A stretch of DNA of 64,000 nucleotides from an uncultured Bacilli bacterium. Lineage in GTDB: Bacteria; Bacillota_I; Bacilli_A; RF39; UBA660. Below, in pieces: positions 50,264 to 61,560 of this stretch. Position 1 is the first letter of the stretch. Each line of letters begins with the position of its first letter. The notes under the pieces were generated by a model. The model saw only the letters and a program-made list of their open reading frames with translations, was not told where the DNA came from and did not search any database. Made by a program: the position numbers and the translations under genes. The stretch is taken from the NCBI GenBank assembly GCA_944371325.1, contig CALVXO010000004.1:4950-68949 (forward strand), given 5' to 3'.

Positions 50264-53200
50264 TTACTCCGAAATTATTAATTCGCCAAGTTCATTCGAT
50301 GTAATTTTCCCTAAATAATAATTTTCGATAAAATGCCATCGTTCTTTGTCTGTTTTTAATTTGGTAAAAAAATAGTTTAATATGGCAATATCGTTCTTAT
50401 GTCTATTTTTAGCTTGTTCTATTAAATAATTATTATAATAAACTTTTCCTTCAACAATGTATCGTATTTTTTCAGGATAATTTATACGAATAAATATTTC
50501 TGGTTTATTACCACCTAAAATTTCAAAAGATACCAGTCCAAATAATAATGCAATATTAATTGCATCGTAGCGATTATCTCTTTCATTTATTTTTTTGTTA
50601 ATTACTGCATCATAAGTTGTAAATTCATCACTATTAGAATATCTAATACTTTTTAAAAGTGGTGAAATATTTACGGTTTTTTCGGCAACACTTCTAAAAT
50701 GACCTTTTGTTATTCTATACTTTATTTCATCATTTATTGTTCTTGTTTCGAAGAAAGTTGAAACAAATGTATCTCTATATTCTGATAACATATCTAGGTA
50801 GGAATTGGCTACAACTTTTGCCTTAAATCTATTGTTATATTTACATTCTAATTTTGTAGCAAAGTCATCTTTTGAAAAAAAACTTCCTTCTATTTGTAAT
50901 TCATTTAAAACATCTGAAACAATATTAATTTCATTCAAAATTCTTTCTTTCAATTGGGATAAAGGACTTCCATCAATTGTTTTAATTGTTATTTTATTTC
51001 TTAATTTAATAAATGGTCCAAACTGCTCAAATATCAAGTTTTTATTGTTATTCAATTCGTATTTAAACTCACCAAAAGTTTTTTTATAATGTTGTTCTTC
51101 CCATAAATCTTTTAAATTTATTAAAAAGATATCTCCTGGATCAGTAATAAAAACTTGATCCTTATATTTTAAATCTAATTGTTTTGTCCTTCCACTTGCA
51201 ATTTTTTTGAAATATTTCCCATATTTTGAATTTAATAAATTATTTTCCTGAGTTTTATCAACCATTGCAAAACATTCAGTAAACATATTCCTAGCTCTTG
51301 TAACAATTGGTTTACTTCCTTTATATCTATTTGCCAAATCCATTTCGATCGTTAACAATGCAGATTTTATTTTATTTTCTAATTGATCTTCATCACATTT
51401 TGAAAAAACAGGTCTAAACATATCTGGAGTAACCATAAGATTATATTTCTTTTTAGAATCATATATATTGATAATTATATTTAATATTTTTTGAATTTGA
51501 TAATTATGTAATGCCGACATTCCATATAATGTTTTCATATAATTTAAATCTCTATCATAATAATCACAACTAGCAACTCCATATAATATATCTTCACTTC
51601 TTGCTACACGTCCAATTTCTTGAACATAATCATTTAAATTACCACTTGCTGCATAATGATATACGTTTTGAATATCTTTTATATCTATACCCATACCAAA
51701 AGCTTTCGTTGCAAACATTATTTTTTTTATATTATCTCTAAACTCCAACATATTTGCATTTTTAGATTCATTACTTATTTTTCCTCCACCTGTATATATA
51801 GAAAAATATTGTTTTAGATCTTTTAATTCTCCAAATCCTTTTACAGAATTAGCCATGTATGCATCATATGCAGTATTAGCATATGGGAAATATACAATTG
51901 TTTTTTCATTTTTCTTAATATATTCATCAAGTTTTTGCTTAAATGTAAAATTTTTCTTTTCAATATAAGCATCTTGATTTACAGTTTTTTCATCACTATA
52001 ATCCTTAATATCAAACTTAATATCATCTCTAATTACCTTACCAAAATAAGTAATAGTATCCCTTAAATTCAAACTGTTTTTTATATCATTTACATCATCG
52101 TATTTACCACCATTAACCGCAGTAGCAGTAAAAGTACAAATTGGAAAGCAATATATAATTTTATTTTTATCTTTTAATCCTTTTGAATTTCTTACTTTTC
52201 GTAATTTATTTAAGTAAGAGCCTAAATACCAATAATCTGGTCTAAATCCTTTTCCCCAAGTTGACACAATATGAGCCTCATCTACAATAACCATTCCAAT
52301 CTTTCGATCTCCAATTAATTGATCAATCGAATAGGATAATAAAGTTTCTGGAGCTAAATATAACAAATTTATTTTACCTTCTGAAATATTTTTTACAATA
52401 TTCTTTTTTTCAATAGGATTAATAGACGAATTAAGTCTTTCAGCTGCCAAATAACCTCTTTCATGGAGATTTCTTACTTGATCATTCATTAATTCAATTA
52501 ATGGAGTAATAATAATAGTTAAAAGACTATATTTTTCAGCTAAATAAATGGCAGGCACCTGAAATATTAAAGATTTACCTGATCCTGTGGGTGCAGTCAC
52601 AAAAATATCTCTATACCCACTTAACTTTTTTCCATTTGAATTTATTACAATTTTTTCACATTCTTTTGATTTTTTTACCTGTTCTACCATATCAGCCATA
52701 ATTTGAGTTTGATTAATTTTAATCATTTTATTGCTTAAATTAGGATTTTCATAAAAATCCAAATCTCTAAATGTTTTAAATCCTGGAACTTTTAAAATAT
52801 TTAAAACTATATTTTTAAATTCATCAGTCAAATCTTCTCTATATCCATACTTTTCATAATCAGTTATCAAATATGAATCACTAGTATTAATAAATGCGCA
52901 AAAACTTTTATAAAGATCTAAAACAATCTCACTTTCGCCCATTAATTTTATGCCTATATTAGTATAATGATTATCCATTATTTCATTTATCTTTTCAATA
53001 TATTGTTGTTTGTCCTCATTAATTTCATAAATAATTTCTGTTTTTAAATTTACTTGCAATTTTTTTGGTGTAAAGTCATATTTATACTCTTTTTCAATAT
53101 TGTCCATATCGTATTCCATATTGTTATAACTTACATAATAAGAGTTTGCAATATAATAAACTTTATTATAAATTTTTGATAATTTAATAATATCATTATT

Positions 53201-53578
53201 TGGCTCTTTCAAACTCATTTCATTATTTACAATAAAATCATCCAATAATTCTGTATTGGTAAATTCACATGGATATATTTCAGGATAAATATTATTATAT
53301 ATTATTTTTAGTTTAATATTAAATGTTGACAAAATATTTTTCAAAGTTGCTCCATTATCATTAATACACATAAATACAAATTCTTCATATAATATATACC
53401 TATCATCTTTAATCATCATCAAAGATCTTAATAAATTTTGATAATACATATTATCATAATTTAAAATATTTATTTTTTCATTCAAATCGTTTTTATATAA
53501 AGGCTTTAATTTCATTTTTATTATTTCTTCTCTTCTAAAGCCTTTAAGTACAATCAGTTCCATATTATCACCTACCAA
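50264..53578 (-). CDS. Large RecQ-like DEAH helicase
   Basis: APTGSGKSLIFQVPA, LLYLAPE, VDEAHIVSTWGKGFRPDY, TATA, ATKAFGMGID, YVQEIGRVAR; long N- and C-terminal extensions. Confidence 0.88.
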   Translation of the reverse strand: MVGDNMELIVLKGFRREEIIKMKLKPLYKNDLNEKINILNYDNMYYQNLLRSLMMIKDDRYILYEEFVFMCINDNGATLKNILSTFNIKLKIIYNNIYPEIYPCEFTNTELLDDFIVNNEMSLKEPNNDIIKLSKIYNKVYYIANSYYVSYNNMEYDMDNIEKEYKYDFTPKKLQVNLKTEIIYEINEDKQQYIEKINEIMDNHYTNIGIKLMGESEIVLDLYKSFCAFINTSDSYLITDYEKYGYREDLTDEFKNIVLNILKVPGFKTFRDLDFYENPNLSNKMIKINQTQIMADMVEQVKKSKECEKIVINSNGKKLSGYRDIFVTAPTGSGKSLIFQVPAIYLAEKYSLLTIIITPLIELMNDQVRNLHERGYLAAERLNSSINPIEKKNIVKNISEGKINLLYLAPETLLSYSIDQLIGDRKIGMVIVDEAHIVSTWGKGFRPDYWYLGSYLNKLRKVRNSKGLKDKNKIIYCFPICTFTATAVNGGKYDDVNDIKNSLNLRDTITYFGKVIRDDIKFDIKDYSDEKTVNQDAYIEKKNFTFKQKLDEYIKKNEKTIVYFPYANTAYDAYMANSVKGFGELKDLKQYFSIYTGGGKISNESKNANMLEFRDNIKKIMFATKAFGMGIDIKDIQNVYHYAASGNLNDYVQEIGRVARSEDILYGVASCDYYDRDLNYMKTLYGMSALHNYQIQKILNIIINIYDSKKKYNLMVTPDMFRPVFSKCDEDQLENKIKSALLTIEMDLANRYKGSKPIVTRARNMFTECFAMVDKTQENNLLNSKYGKYFKKIASGRTKQLDLKYKDQVFITDPGDIFLINLKDLWEEQHYKKTFGEFKYELNNNKNLIFEQFGPFIKLRNKITIKTIDGSPLSQLKERILNEINIVSDVLNELQIEGSFFSKDDFATKLECKYNNRFKAKVVANSYLDMLSEYRDTFVSTFFETRTINDEIKYRITKGHFRSVAEKTVNISPLLKSIRYSNSDEFTTYDAVINKKINERDNRYDAINIALLFGLVSFEILGGNKPEIFIRINYPEKIRYIVEGKVYYNNYLIEQAKNRHKNDIAILNYFFTKLKTDKERWHFIENYYLGKITSNELGELIISE

Positions 53579-53613
53579 AATTATACCACATATTTTATTG
53601 TCAACTTAAACAT

Positions 53614-54462
53614 TTAAGAAAAAAATTCATTAAGTGCTTTTAAAAAAGCATCATTATCAATATCATTTTTTAATGAAATAAATAATTCTTTTGTTTTACT
53701 TAAATCTTCATCATATTTATTGAAAAATTTCACATTATTATCCAAATATAAAAGGTTATTATATTTTTCAAATGTTAATTTACTATTTTTCAATTTTACG
53801 CCAACCAGAAAAAAATTAAACAGGAAACTTAAAGCCATATTTTCTTTATATAAATAATGTTTTTTATCATTAGTAAAATATTTTAAACAACAAAAAAGTA
53901 AAACTTTAACAAAATAAAAGTTTTGATAGTTTAACATTTTTAAAACTTCTTTGTCATCATTATTTTTTATTTCAACAAGCGTAGTTACAAATAATGTACT
54001 ATGCGTAAATTTGCATAATTTATCATATAACTCTGTAAGCATGTCCCCTTTTTCTTTCCTATTGAAGTCTTTAAATAAATCCATACTAATTTCATTTAAG
54101 TGAGTTTTAAATTTGTTAATTAATTTCTGGATCTTTGTATAATCTCTAGAGTTTTCATCATCAATAGATAAATTAATAAATTCATAATACACATTATCTT
54201 CGAATTGTAACATCATCCCAACAAGAATATATTCAAAACTAGATCTTAATAAAGTATTCGCATCTACTAATCTACCCGAGTTTAGTAAATACTCTATACT
54301 ACTTAAAGTAGTATATGCTTGTGTGAGCAAACTTATTGTTTTCTTATATTTTACTCTTTTTTCTATGTTAAGTTTATTAATATTGTATTTAATTCCATCA
54401 TTTAATGGCCTTATAAATTTTTTTCTTATTGCTCTGTTAATTTCATCATTATTAATCTTCAT
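53614..54462 (-). CDS. Hypothetical protein (DUF5677/HEPN-like helical pattern)
   Basis: ANTLLRSSFE and LYDKLCKFTH motifs; family assignment tentative. Confidence 0.55.
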   Translation of the reverse strand: MKINNDEINRAIRKKFIRPLNDGIKYNINKLNIEKRVKYKKTISLLTQAYTTLSSIEYLLNSGRLVDANTLLRSSFEYILVGMMLQFEDNVYYEFINLSIDDENSRDYTKIQKLINKFKTHLNEISMDLFKDFNRKEKGDMLTELYDKLCKFTHSTLFVTTLVEIKNNDDKEVLKMLNYQNFYFVKVLLFCCLKYFTNDKKHYLYKENMALSFLFNFFLVGVKLKNSKLTFEKYNNLLYLDNNVKFFNKYDEDLSKTKELFISLKNDIDNDAFLKALNEFFS

Positions 54463-54714
54463 ATATCATTCCCACTTTATAGCTAAATTATCTAATTTTA
54501 TCTCTACAATAAATAGTACTAATTAAAAGTGTAGAGATTGTTTTCATATACAAAAAAAGTCAATAATTAGAAACAATGATAAAATAATTTTAAAAATATC
54601 CAAAAGAAATCTAATTTAATGACTCAATTTAATTATACTTAATATACAAAATTATTACAAAACTTTAAAAAATATATCACTTATATTTGTACTTACTTCT
54701 CGTGTGAAAATAAA

Positions 54715-56232
54715 TTATTTAAACTTATTAAATTTATTCATATTATTAAAATTTTCCTCACGTCTTGATAAAAACAATTTTGATTTATCCGTTAAAATTT
54801 CCCTAGGTAATTCTTTATTATTGGTGCAAAGTTCAAAAAATGTTTTATCAATTTCATTAGCATTTAATTTTATTATGACTTTACCTGTTTCAGACTCAAA
54901 ACAATAAAAATTAGAATCAAACAAACCATGATGATTACTGCATAACCAAACACCATTATCTCCCGAATTTGCTAACATATATTTTTTATAAAATAATTCT
55001 GAGCTATGATCACTTTCAGAAGAAATTAAATCACTCATACAAGGATTAGATAATATATCATTTATATCATGTGCATTGCATTTTTTTATTTCAGACACTC
55101 CCCATAAGTGCGCTGCCTCAAGAATATTTTCTATTTCACAGCCACATAAATAACATTTTGTTTGAATTCCTTTTTTTCTAAGGTTGTTCTTAAATAATTC
55201 TTGATTTCTTATTGTTCCATTAGCTTTTGATATTTCATATTGATTAATTTCTCTTCTAATTTGTTGTCGGACTTCATCAGTCGTTTCGTATTCTTGATCT
55301 AATCCAATCTTTTCCATTAATTCAATAAGTGGTCCAGTAAAGCCATCCGTAAATTTAGGTACTTCTTGTCCTAATCTAAAATTATACTTTTCTGGCGCAA
55401 ACATAAATTTAAGTTTTTTATTTTCTTTTTCAGCTAAAACACTTAATGTCCACATTGTTAAAAAACTATCATATCCTTCTGCTGACAATGTTTTAAACGT
55501 ATATATATATTCTTGATTTGTCAAATCAACAAATTTTTCCTCAGTTTCATCATCTGTTTCTTTATTAATATCATATGAATAATCTATGCACTTTATATAA
55601 GAAGGAACATTCCCCTTATTTTTGTTAGAAATAAAACTTAAATCATTTGAAAATTTATTAAATGAAATATATTTAATGCCACTTTTAATTTCATCAAGAC
55701 TAAATCCCATCTCAACATATTCATCAAATTTTATTTGATCTATATTCAATACATCAAATCCTATTGTGGCTAATTTACGGTATATCATAAGATTAAATTT
55801 ATCATGAGGATGGCTTTTATTTAAATCCAACATATAAAAATAGAGTTTTATATTTTTATTTATTTCTTTTTCTGTTAAATAATAATCAAATATTTTATTA
55901 CATCCCTGTACAAAATATGTATTTGCGTGATAACCAGTATGACCATAATCAAAGTTAGGATTTTCTAATAATTTATCATCATCATATCCAGTATTACTTA
56001 ATCCTACGATATACTTTATAATTCCATCTTCAATTATAGTTATTGTTCTTGAACTATTTTTTTTACTACGTTGACTTTGAATGGTTTCACCATCGAGTTC
56101 TTCTATTTGATATATTATTTTTTCTGGATTAATATTAATTCCGTTATTTTTATAAGCCCTTTCAACTACGTCCTTATATATTTTTCTATACGTTTCTTTA
56201 TACCCACTATATACCTTTGCTATTATTTCCAT
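54715..56232 (-). CDS. HNH endonuclease (probable restriction enzyme)
   Basis: C-terminal CYLC...LEAAHLW...NGVWLCSNHHGLFD; co-oriented just downstream of the MTase. Confidence 0.8.
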   Translation of the reverse strand: MEIIAKVYSGYKETYRKIYKDVVERAYKNNGININPEKIIYQIEELDGETIQSQRSKKNSSRTITIIEDGIIKYIVGLSNTGYDDDKLLENPNFDYGHTGYHANTYFVQGCNKIFDYYLTEKEINKNIKLYFYMLDLNKSHPHDKFNLMIYRKLATIGFDVLNIDQIKFDEYVEMGFSLDEIKSGIKYISFNKFSNDLSFISNKNKGNVPSYIKCIDYSYDINKETDDETEEKFVDLTNQEYIYTFKTLSAEGYDSFLTMWTLSVLAEKENKKLKFMFAPEKYNFRLGQEVPKFTDGFTGPLIELMEKIGLDQEYETTDEVRQQIRREINQYEISKANGTIRNQELFKNNLRKKGIQTKCYLCGCEIENILEAAHLWGVSEIKKCNAHDINDILSNPCMSDLISSESDHSSELFYKKYMLANSGDNGVWLCSNHHGLFDSNFYCFESETGKVIIKLNANEIDKTFFELCTNNKELPREILTDKSKLFLSRREENFNNMNKFNKFK

Positions 56233-56242
56233 ACTCCACCGC

Positions 56243-58123
56243 CTAATAATTAATTACTATAATTTCTTGCCTATTTTGTCTATTTCTTTTTGTTATTTTG
56301 TCATTCACTATTAATTTATAATTATTTTTATTTATCCACATTGAAAGTTTAGAGTTAATTTTTTCGTTTCTATCTTTCATATTAGATAACATAAATTTTA
56401 TACCTTTTTTGTTTAACCTATCCAAAAATGCTAAAAGCTCCTGTTCTTGATTTTGATCCCATCCATTAAATCCTCTTTTACCATCATTATAAGCACCACA
56501 TGATATTAAATATGGAGGATCACAATATACAAAATCACCTCGTGAAATTTCTTTTTCAAATGATCTATAATCCATGGATTTATAAACAATATTAATAGAC
56601 TTTGTTCTATTTGAATATGATACTAATTTTTCCAACATTTCTTGATTAAATCCTGAATTGCCACATGGATTATTAAACTCTAGCTTGCTATTAAATCTTA
56701 TTTGATGTTCAAAACCATAACAAATTAATAAATATAAATCCACTGGATTTCTACTACCTATTTGATTCAAATTATATTTTTTTCTAAAAGCTATATAAGA
56801 TTCTTTATTTCCTTTTTCCAAATTATATTTCTTTATACTCTTTTCAATATAATTATAAGTAATTAAAAATTTATCTCTTGATATTTTTTCTAACAAATCT
56901 CTTACCATCCAATTAATATCATTATAAACAACCTTTTCGCAATCAATATTGATTCCAACTGTTGATCCGCCACCAAACAAATCATAAAAACATTTAATTT
57001 TTTTAGGCAAATTTTTTTTTATCAATGGTAACATTTCATATTTTCCACCAATATAATTTAATGGTGAAATATAATATGGTTCTTCATTCTTTTCTATATA
57101 AAACAACCACTCATAATGCTTTTTATCTTTTGTATTTTCTTTAAGTTCTTTGTTAACTGCTCTTGTATTTTTATATTTTACAAAATCAATTTTTTTAAAA
57201 ACATAAGTACCTTCTTTAGCATATCTTTTCATAACTTTTTCAATAAATTCTTTTGACATGATCCCTGCATCACTATAACTAAATAAAATATGTTTAAATT
57301 TTGCATTTGAAATTAATTTTTCGAATTCTTCATGTACACAACCTTTTCTACACCACATAGAAATTTGATCTCCATTATCCCTATGTGCACCAACTCCATG
57401 TATTTCTGGATTATCATTTTTTGCAATTGTTTCAAGAACGTGATATTGACTAACATATTGTGTTGGCGTGTATGGAGGATCTAAATATAATATATCTCCA
57501 CTTATTTTACTTATTAAATCATTTGCATCAAGCATATATACTTCATTATAAAATTTTGATTCACCATTTGTTTCTAGCGGGATGAATTCCATTGTTTTTA
57601 CCGCTCTAGGATCCCAAATTTTTAAATATGCAGAATATACACCCGCCACATTAGATATCTTACTTGTACTTTCCAACAAACTACCTATTAAATAATACTT
57701 TTCATTCTCATCTATTTTATTTTCATCAAACCATATATCAATTGTATTTCTTATAAAGTCAATTTTTTTAGCATTTTCATCTGAAAAATATTGTCGTCCT
57801 GATATTGAAGGAGCAAAATTATTATAACAAAATCCACTTTTATATTCACTTGTATCTACTGTATTAAAATATTCAAACGGATCAAAACCAAGTGTTTTAA
57901 AAAATGTTCTTGAATTATACTTTAGTTTTCCATTACAAATTGAATATGAAAAATACAAATTATCATTAGCGATAATCTCATACTTATTTTTAAAATAATC
58001 CCCAACAGCACATGTTCCAGCAAACAAATCACAAAATATTAGACCTTTTTTATCTAATCCTTTCGAAGCCAAAAATTTATCTATAACATTTAATAATTTT
58101 GTTTTGTTTCCTATATATCTCAT
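56243..58123 (-). CDS. Fused double N6-adenine DNA methyltransferase (M.FokI-like, two D12-class domains)
   Basis: Domain 1: RYIGNK, DLFAGT, YLDPPY. Domain 2: NYIGGK, DLFGGG, YCDPPY. Confidence 0.9.
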   Translation of the reverse strand: MRYIGNKTKLLNVIDKFLASKGLDKKGLIFCDLFAGTCAVGDYFKNKYEIIANDNLYFSYSICNGKLKYNSRTFFKTLGFDPFEYFNTVDTSEYKSGFCYNNFAPSISGRQYFSDENAKKIDFIRNTIDIWFDENKIDENEKYYLIGSLLESTSKISNVAGVYSAYLKIWDPRAVKTMEFIPLETNGESKFYNEVYMLDANDLISKISGDILYLDPPYTPTQYVSQYHVLETIAKNDNPEIHGVGAHRDNGDQISMWCRKGCVHEEFEKLISNAKFKHILFSYSDAGIMSKEFIEKVMKRYAKEGTYVFKKIDFVKYKNTRAVNKELKENTKDKKHYEWLFYIEKNEEPYYISPLNYIGGKYEMLPLIKKNLPKKIKCFYDLFGGGSTVGINIDCEKVVYNDINWMVRDLLEKISRDKFLITYNYIEKSIKKYNLEKGNKESYIAFRKKYNLNQIGSRNPVDLYLLICYGFEHQIRFNSKLEFNNPCGNSGFNQEMLEKLVSYSNRTKSINIVYKSMDYRSFEKEISRGDFVYCDPPYLISCGAYNDGKRGFNGWDQNQEQELLAFLDRLNKKGIKFMLSNMKDRNEKINSKLSMWINKNNYKLIVNDKITKRNRQNRQEIIVINY

Positions 58124-58801
58124 ATTTTACTCCTTTATGAAAACATAAAATTAGTTTAAGATATGTGACATATCTATCTCATGACTATTTTATAATTTTC
58201 TAATCATCAATATCATTAAATTTATATATTATAATATTTTTCTAATTTTCTAATATATCTTATTCTATATTTTTAACTAATTCTACTTAAATGAAATTCT
58301 TCAAAATTCAATAATATTATTATATGTAATGTCTTTTAATAAATATATTTCATTATTTTCTTTCTTAATTTATTATAACATGAAATTACAATTTTTATTA
58401 AATAAATAAGTAATTATAACAATATTTTACTAAAATTTTAAACGACATTGAATTTAATTGAAATGTATTAACTAATATAATTTTAGATAATTTTAGACTG
58501 TATTTACCATTATTTGTTCTATGACAATATTCTTCTTATTACATAAAAAAACAATCAATACTTTTATAACTAATGCTTAAAAAATTAGAGCACACAATTT
58601 TAAACATAGATTTTCTACTTTATTAAAAAGGGAATAATATAACTTTAGTAGCCAAACATACCGAACATACTAAAATGGATAAAACGTTAAATACATATTC
58701 CCATATGAATCAAAAAAGTTACCATACGATTATATAAAATATGAAATAGTTAAGTCCAAAAGCAAAGATGACCTAGTCATTTAACGGACTAAGTCTATTT
58801 T

Positions 58802-60364
58802 TTATTCTATATATTTATTAATATGAATTACTGGAATTTTCCCTAAAACCTTAATGTTTTTTGACCAGGTACTTATCTTACTTAGCAACATAATTGATTG
58901 AATTTTTTGAAGGTTAACTTTATCATTTTCAAAAATACTATTACTTTCCATAAAAAACCAAACTCCAAATTTATCAGGTACGGGCAAGCCTTTTTCAACT
59001 AAATTTATTTTCTTTGTGTCAATCAGCTTTGCTGATAATTCGGATTGATCTACACAATACGAAAGAGATTGTGCAGAACCAATTTTTACAGATATATATT
59101 CACTTTCTAGTAATAAATCAGCTAATTCTATTTTATATTTAGAATTAAAATATTCATTTTCATACTTTGAAATAAACATATTTCTATCCAATAATTTACC
59201 ATCATATTTTTTTGACAAAATTTTATTTATAATTTCTTCTCTATATTCCTTATCATTAATTCTGAAATTTTCTATATACGACTTTGTATAATTATCAGTC
59301 GGATTATATTTAATTTCAATTGTTTGTATTTCATTCATTACTAGGTCATAATAGTCATCATTATAATAATACCATTCATCATTATATAAAGATACATTTT
59401 CTGACTCTATTTCATAGTTAATATATTTTCTTATATTTTCTGAATATATTTTTTCATTTGAAGAGTCCTTATAAATTATTTTGCCTCTTTCTATAATTGT
59501 TTGCATATCAATACCAGTTTTTTTAGACAGTTCAAACAGATCACTTAAATTATGTAACTCTATTTCTTCTTCAATCTTACCAACTTTAATCATTTGTGTA
59601 TGTTCTTCTTCAAAATAAATACTGCTACCTACAATATAAAATTCATTTATGAAAAAATGCGATGAATTATAATTACCATAAGCATCAAATTCTTTGTTTA
59701 ATGAAGCATACATTATTTTATTGTATCGTTCTACATCATCTATATTTGTAATTTTAGTTAAAAGTGGAATTCTATTAATTATTTTTTTACTAAGATCATT
59801 TTCAATTTGATCCAAAAGTTGATAAATATCTTTCAAAGAAATATCAACTTTTAGCTTTATTGATTTTCCAATATCAATTCTTTTACCATACAATTCATTA
59901 TATGGAGTAAATGATAAACTAGTAATATTTTCACCACTATCAAATACTATGGTTTTTGTATTTCTGAATGATGTAATAGATGAATTTTTTATTGAATGCG
60001 GAGTCATTGAACTTTTTCTTTTCATTTCTTTTAATTCGATTCTTTTAGCAAAATCGAAGCCAAATTCTCTATCAGAATACTTTTGAACTAAAAAACTACT
60101 TGCCCCATATGTTATTGCATAATTATTTTTATCACTTTCACAAATAATTATACCAGAAATACCTGTTCTTGTCGGCGGATGAGATTCCCCAAATTCAATT
60201 AATATATTCTTCCAACTTAATTTTAAATCATTATCATATTTGTAATATAAATTTAATTTGTATTTATCGCTAATGATGTCAGCACCTATTTTTTTAAAAT
60301 TTCTTTCAAGCATGTCTTTTTTTAATTCTTCCTTATTGTCAAGTTTAAAAATATTGTATTGCAT
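58802..60364 (-). CDS. DUF6119 / TIGR04141-like sporadically distributed protein
   Basis: YNIFKL, YAITYGASSFLV...DREFGFDFAKRI, WY..., IELADLL...ISVK nuclease-like C-terminus; family recalled, not searched. Confidence 0.65.
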   Translation of the reverse strand: MQYNIFKLDNKEELKKDMLERNFKKIGADIISDKYKLNLYYKYDNDLKLSWKNILIEFGESHPPTRTGISGIIICESDKNNYAITYGASSFLVQKYSDREFGFDFAKRIELKEMKRKSSMTPHSIKNSSITSFRNTKTIVFDSGENITSLSFTPYNELYGKRIDIGKSIKLKVDISLKDIYQLLDQIENDLSKKIINRIPLLTKITNIDDVERYNKIMYASLNKEFDAYGNYNSSHFFINEFYIVGSSIYFEEEHTQMIKVGKIEEEIELHNLSDLFELSKKTGIDMQTIIERGKIIYKDSSNEKIYSENIRKYINYEIESENVSLYNDEWYYYNDDYYDLVMNEIQTIEIKYNPTDNYTKSYIENFRINDKEYREEIINKILSKKYDGKLLDRNMFISKYENEYFNSKYKIELADLLLESEYISVKIGSAQSLSYCVDQSELSAKLIDTKKINLVEKGLPVPDKFGVWFFMESNSIFENDKVNLQKIQSIMLLSKISTWSKNIKVLGKIPVIHINKYIE

Positions 60365-60556
60365 AAATTCACTACCTCCTACTAAAAAAACGCCAATACA
60401 AAACTTATAAAGCCTGTACTAGCGCTTTCATTGCTATTATTATACTATAAAAATTAAAATTTGAACTATTTTTCAGAACAAATTTTTAAATTTTAATTTA
60501 TTAAAAAACTAGTTTTTACAAACTAGATTTTTTTCAATATATTTATTATTGTTATT

Positions 60557-61411
60557 CTACTTACTTTCTATTTGTTTAGATTCATCTATATATTGATAAC
60601 CTAATAAATTATCTTTTATTACAACAGATTCGCCAAGTCTTGATTCAATATCTTTTCTGGTATTACTAGCAACTTGTCCACCTTCTTTAGCAATTTTCCT
60701 ATTTCCTTCTAATCCAATTGGTTTATGTTTCTTAGCAAGTTCTCTAGTTGTTAGTTCACCTATATCAGCAAGTGCTATTTCAATATCACTCATATTATCT
60801 CTTAATGATTCTTTTCTTAAACCTTTATATTGTTTATACTCTTTAGCTGTCATTCCAGACCATTCTTTATAAATATCATTAGTTAATATAGCATATTCTA
60901 AATTACTACCTATGCCATTATCTTTCCAAACATCAGTTAATTTTTTTCTTTCTTGAATTCCTTTAATTCTTTTAGTAATCCATTCTTCATCATAACCTTT
61001 AGTTCTGTAAGTATCTACTGCTCTTTGTATAGTAAGTGAAGGATCAAATACTTCATCTATTCTTTCTTTACCTAATTTAGCTAACCATTGTTTTATTGGC
61101 TCAGCATTTTTACTTGGAATAGATTCGATTATTCTAAACATTTCTTCTATATCACATACATCAGTTAAACGATACTTTCCATCTTGAGATTTTAATTTAA
61201 ACTGTCCGATTTTTTCGGACACTTCATTTCCTTCTTCTTTTAATTTACTTTTTAAATCAGTCCAATATTTTCTTGGTCTAGTACTTTTTGTTAATACTCT
61301 AACAATATCTACTACACTTATATAATATTTTTCTTCATCTTTATCCCATACTGTTCTGATTTCTTCATTATTAAATATTTTATTAATTAAATGCATTTTA
61401 TCTTGCTTCAT
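60557..61411 (-). CDS. BRO-N domain protein (antirepressor-like)
   Basis: EIRTVWD...YISVVDIV, KYWTDLK, RIIESIPSKNAEPIKQWLA, SLRDNM. Confidence 0.8.
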   Translation of the reverse strand: MKQDKMHLINKIFNNEEIRTVWDKDEEKYYISVVDIVRVLTKSTRPRKYWTDLKSKLKEEGNEVSEKIGQFKLKSQDGKYRLTDVCDIEEMFRIIESIPSKNAEPIKQWLAKLGKERIDEVFDPSLTIQRAVDTYRTKGYDEEWITKRIKGIQERKKLTDVWKDNGIGSNLEYAILTNDIYKEWSGMTAKEYKQYKGLRKESLRDNMSDIEIALADIGELTTRELAKKHKPIGLEGNRKIAKEGGQVASNTRKDIESRLGESVVIKDNLLGYQYIDESKQIESK

Positions 61412-61560
61412 ATCTCTCCTTTCTAACTCCTACAAATTAATTATAACATACAAACATATATTTATAAACAAAAAAGCTAACCATTTTAAATAATTAACTT
61501 TTTAATAAATAACTAAATTATATTTTCCCAAAAGTATTATAATCTTTCTAACATATTACC

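Noticed and set aside
58124-58801. Long AT-rich gap with a small nested hairpin near 58750-58795, considered as an ncRNA or CRISPR array
   Set aside because: No repeat-spacer periodicity and no recognisable RNA family; more likely an eroded gene plus a terminator.
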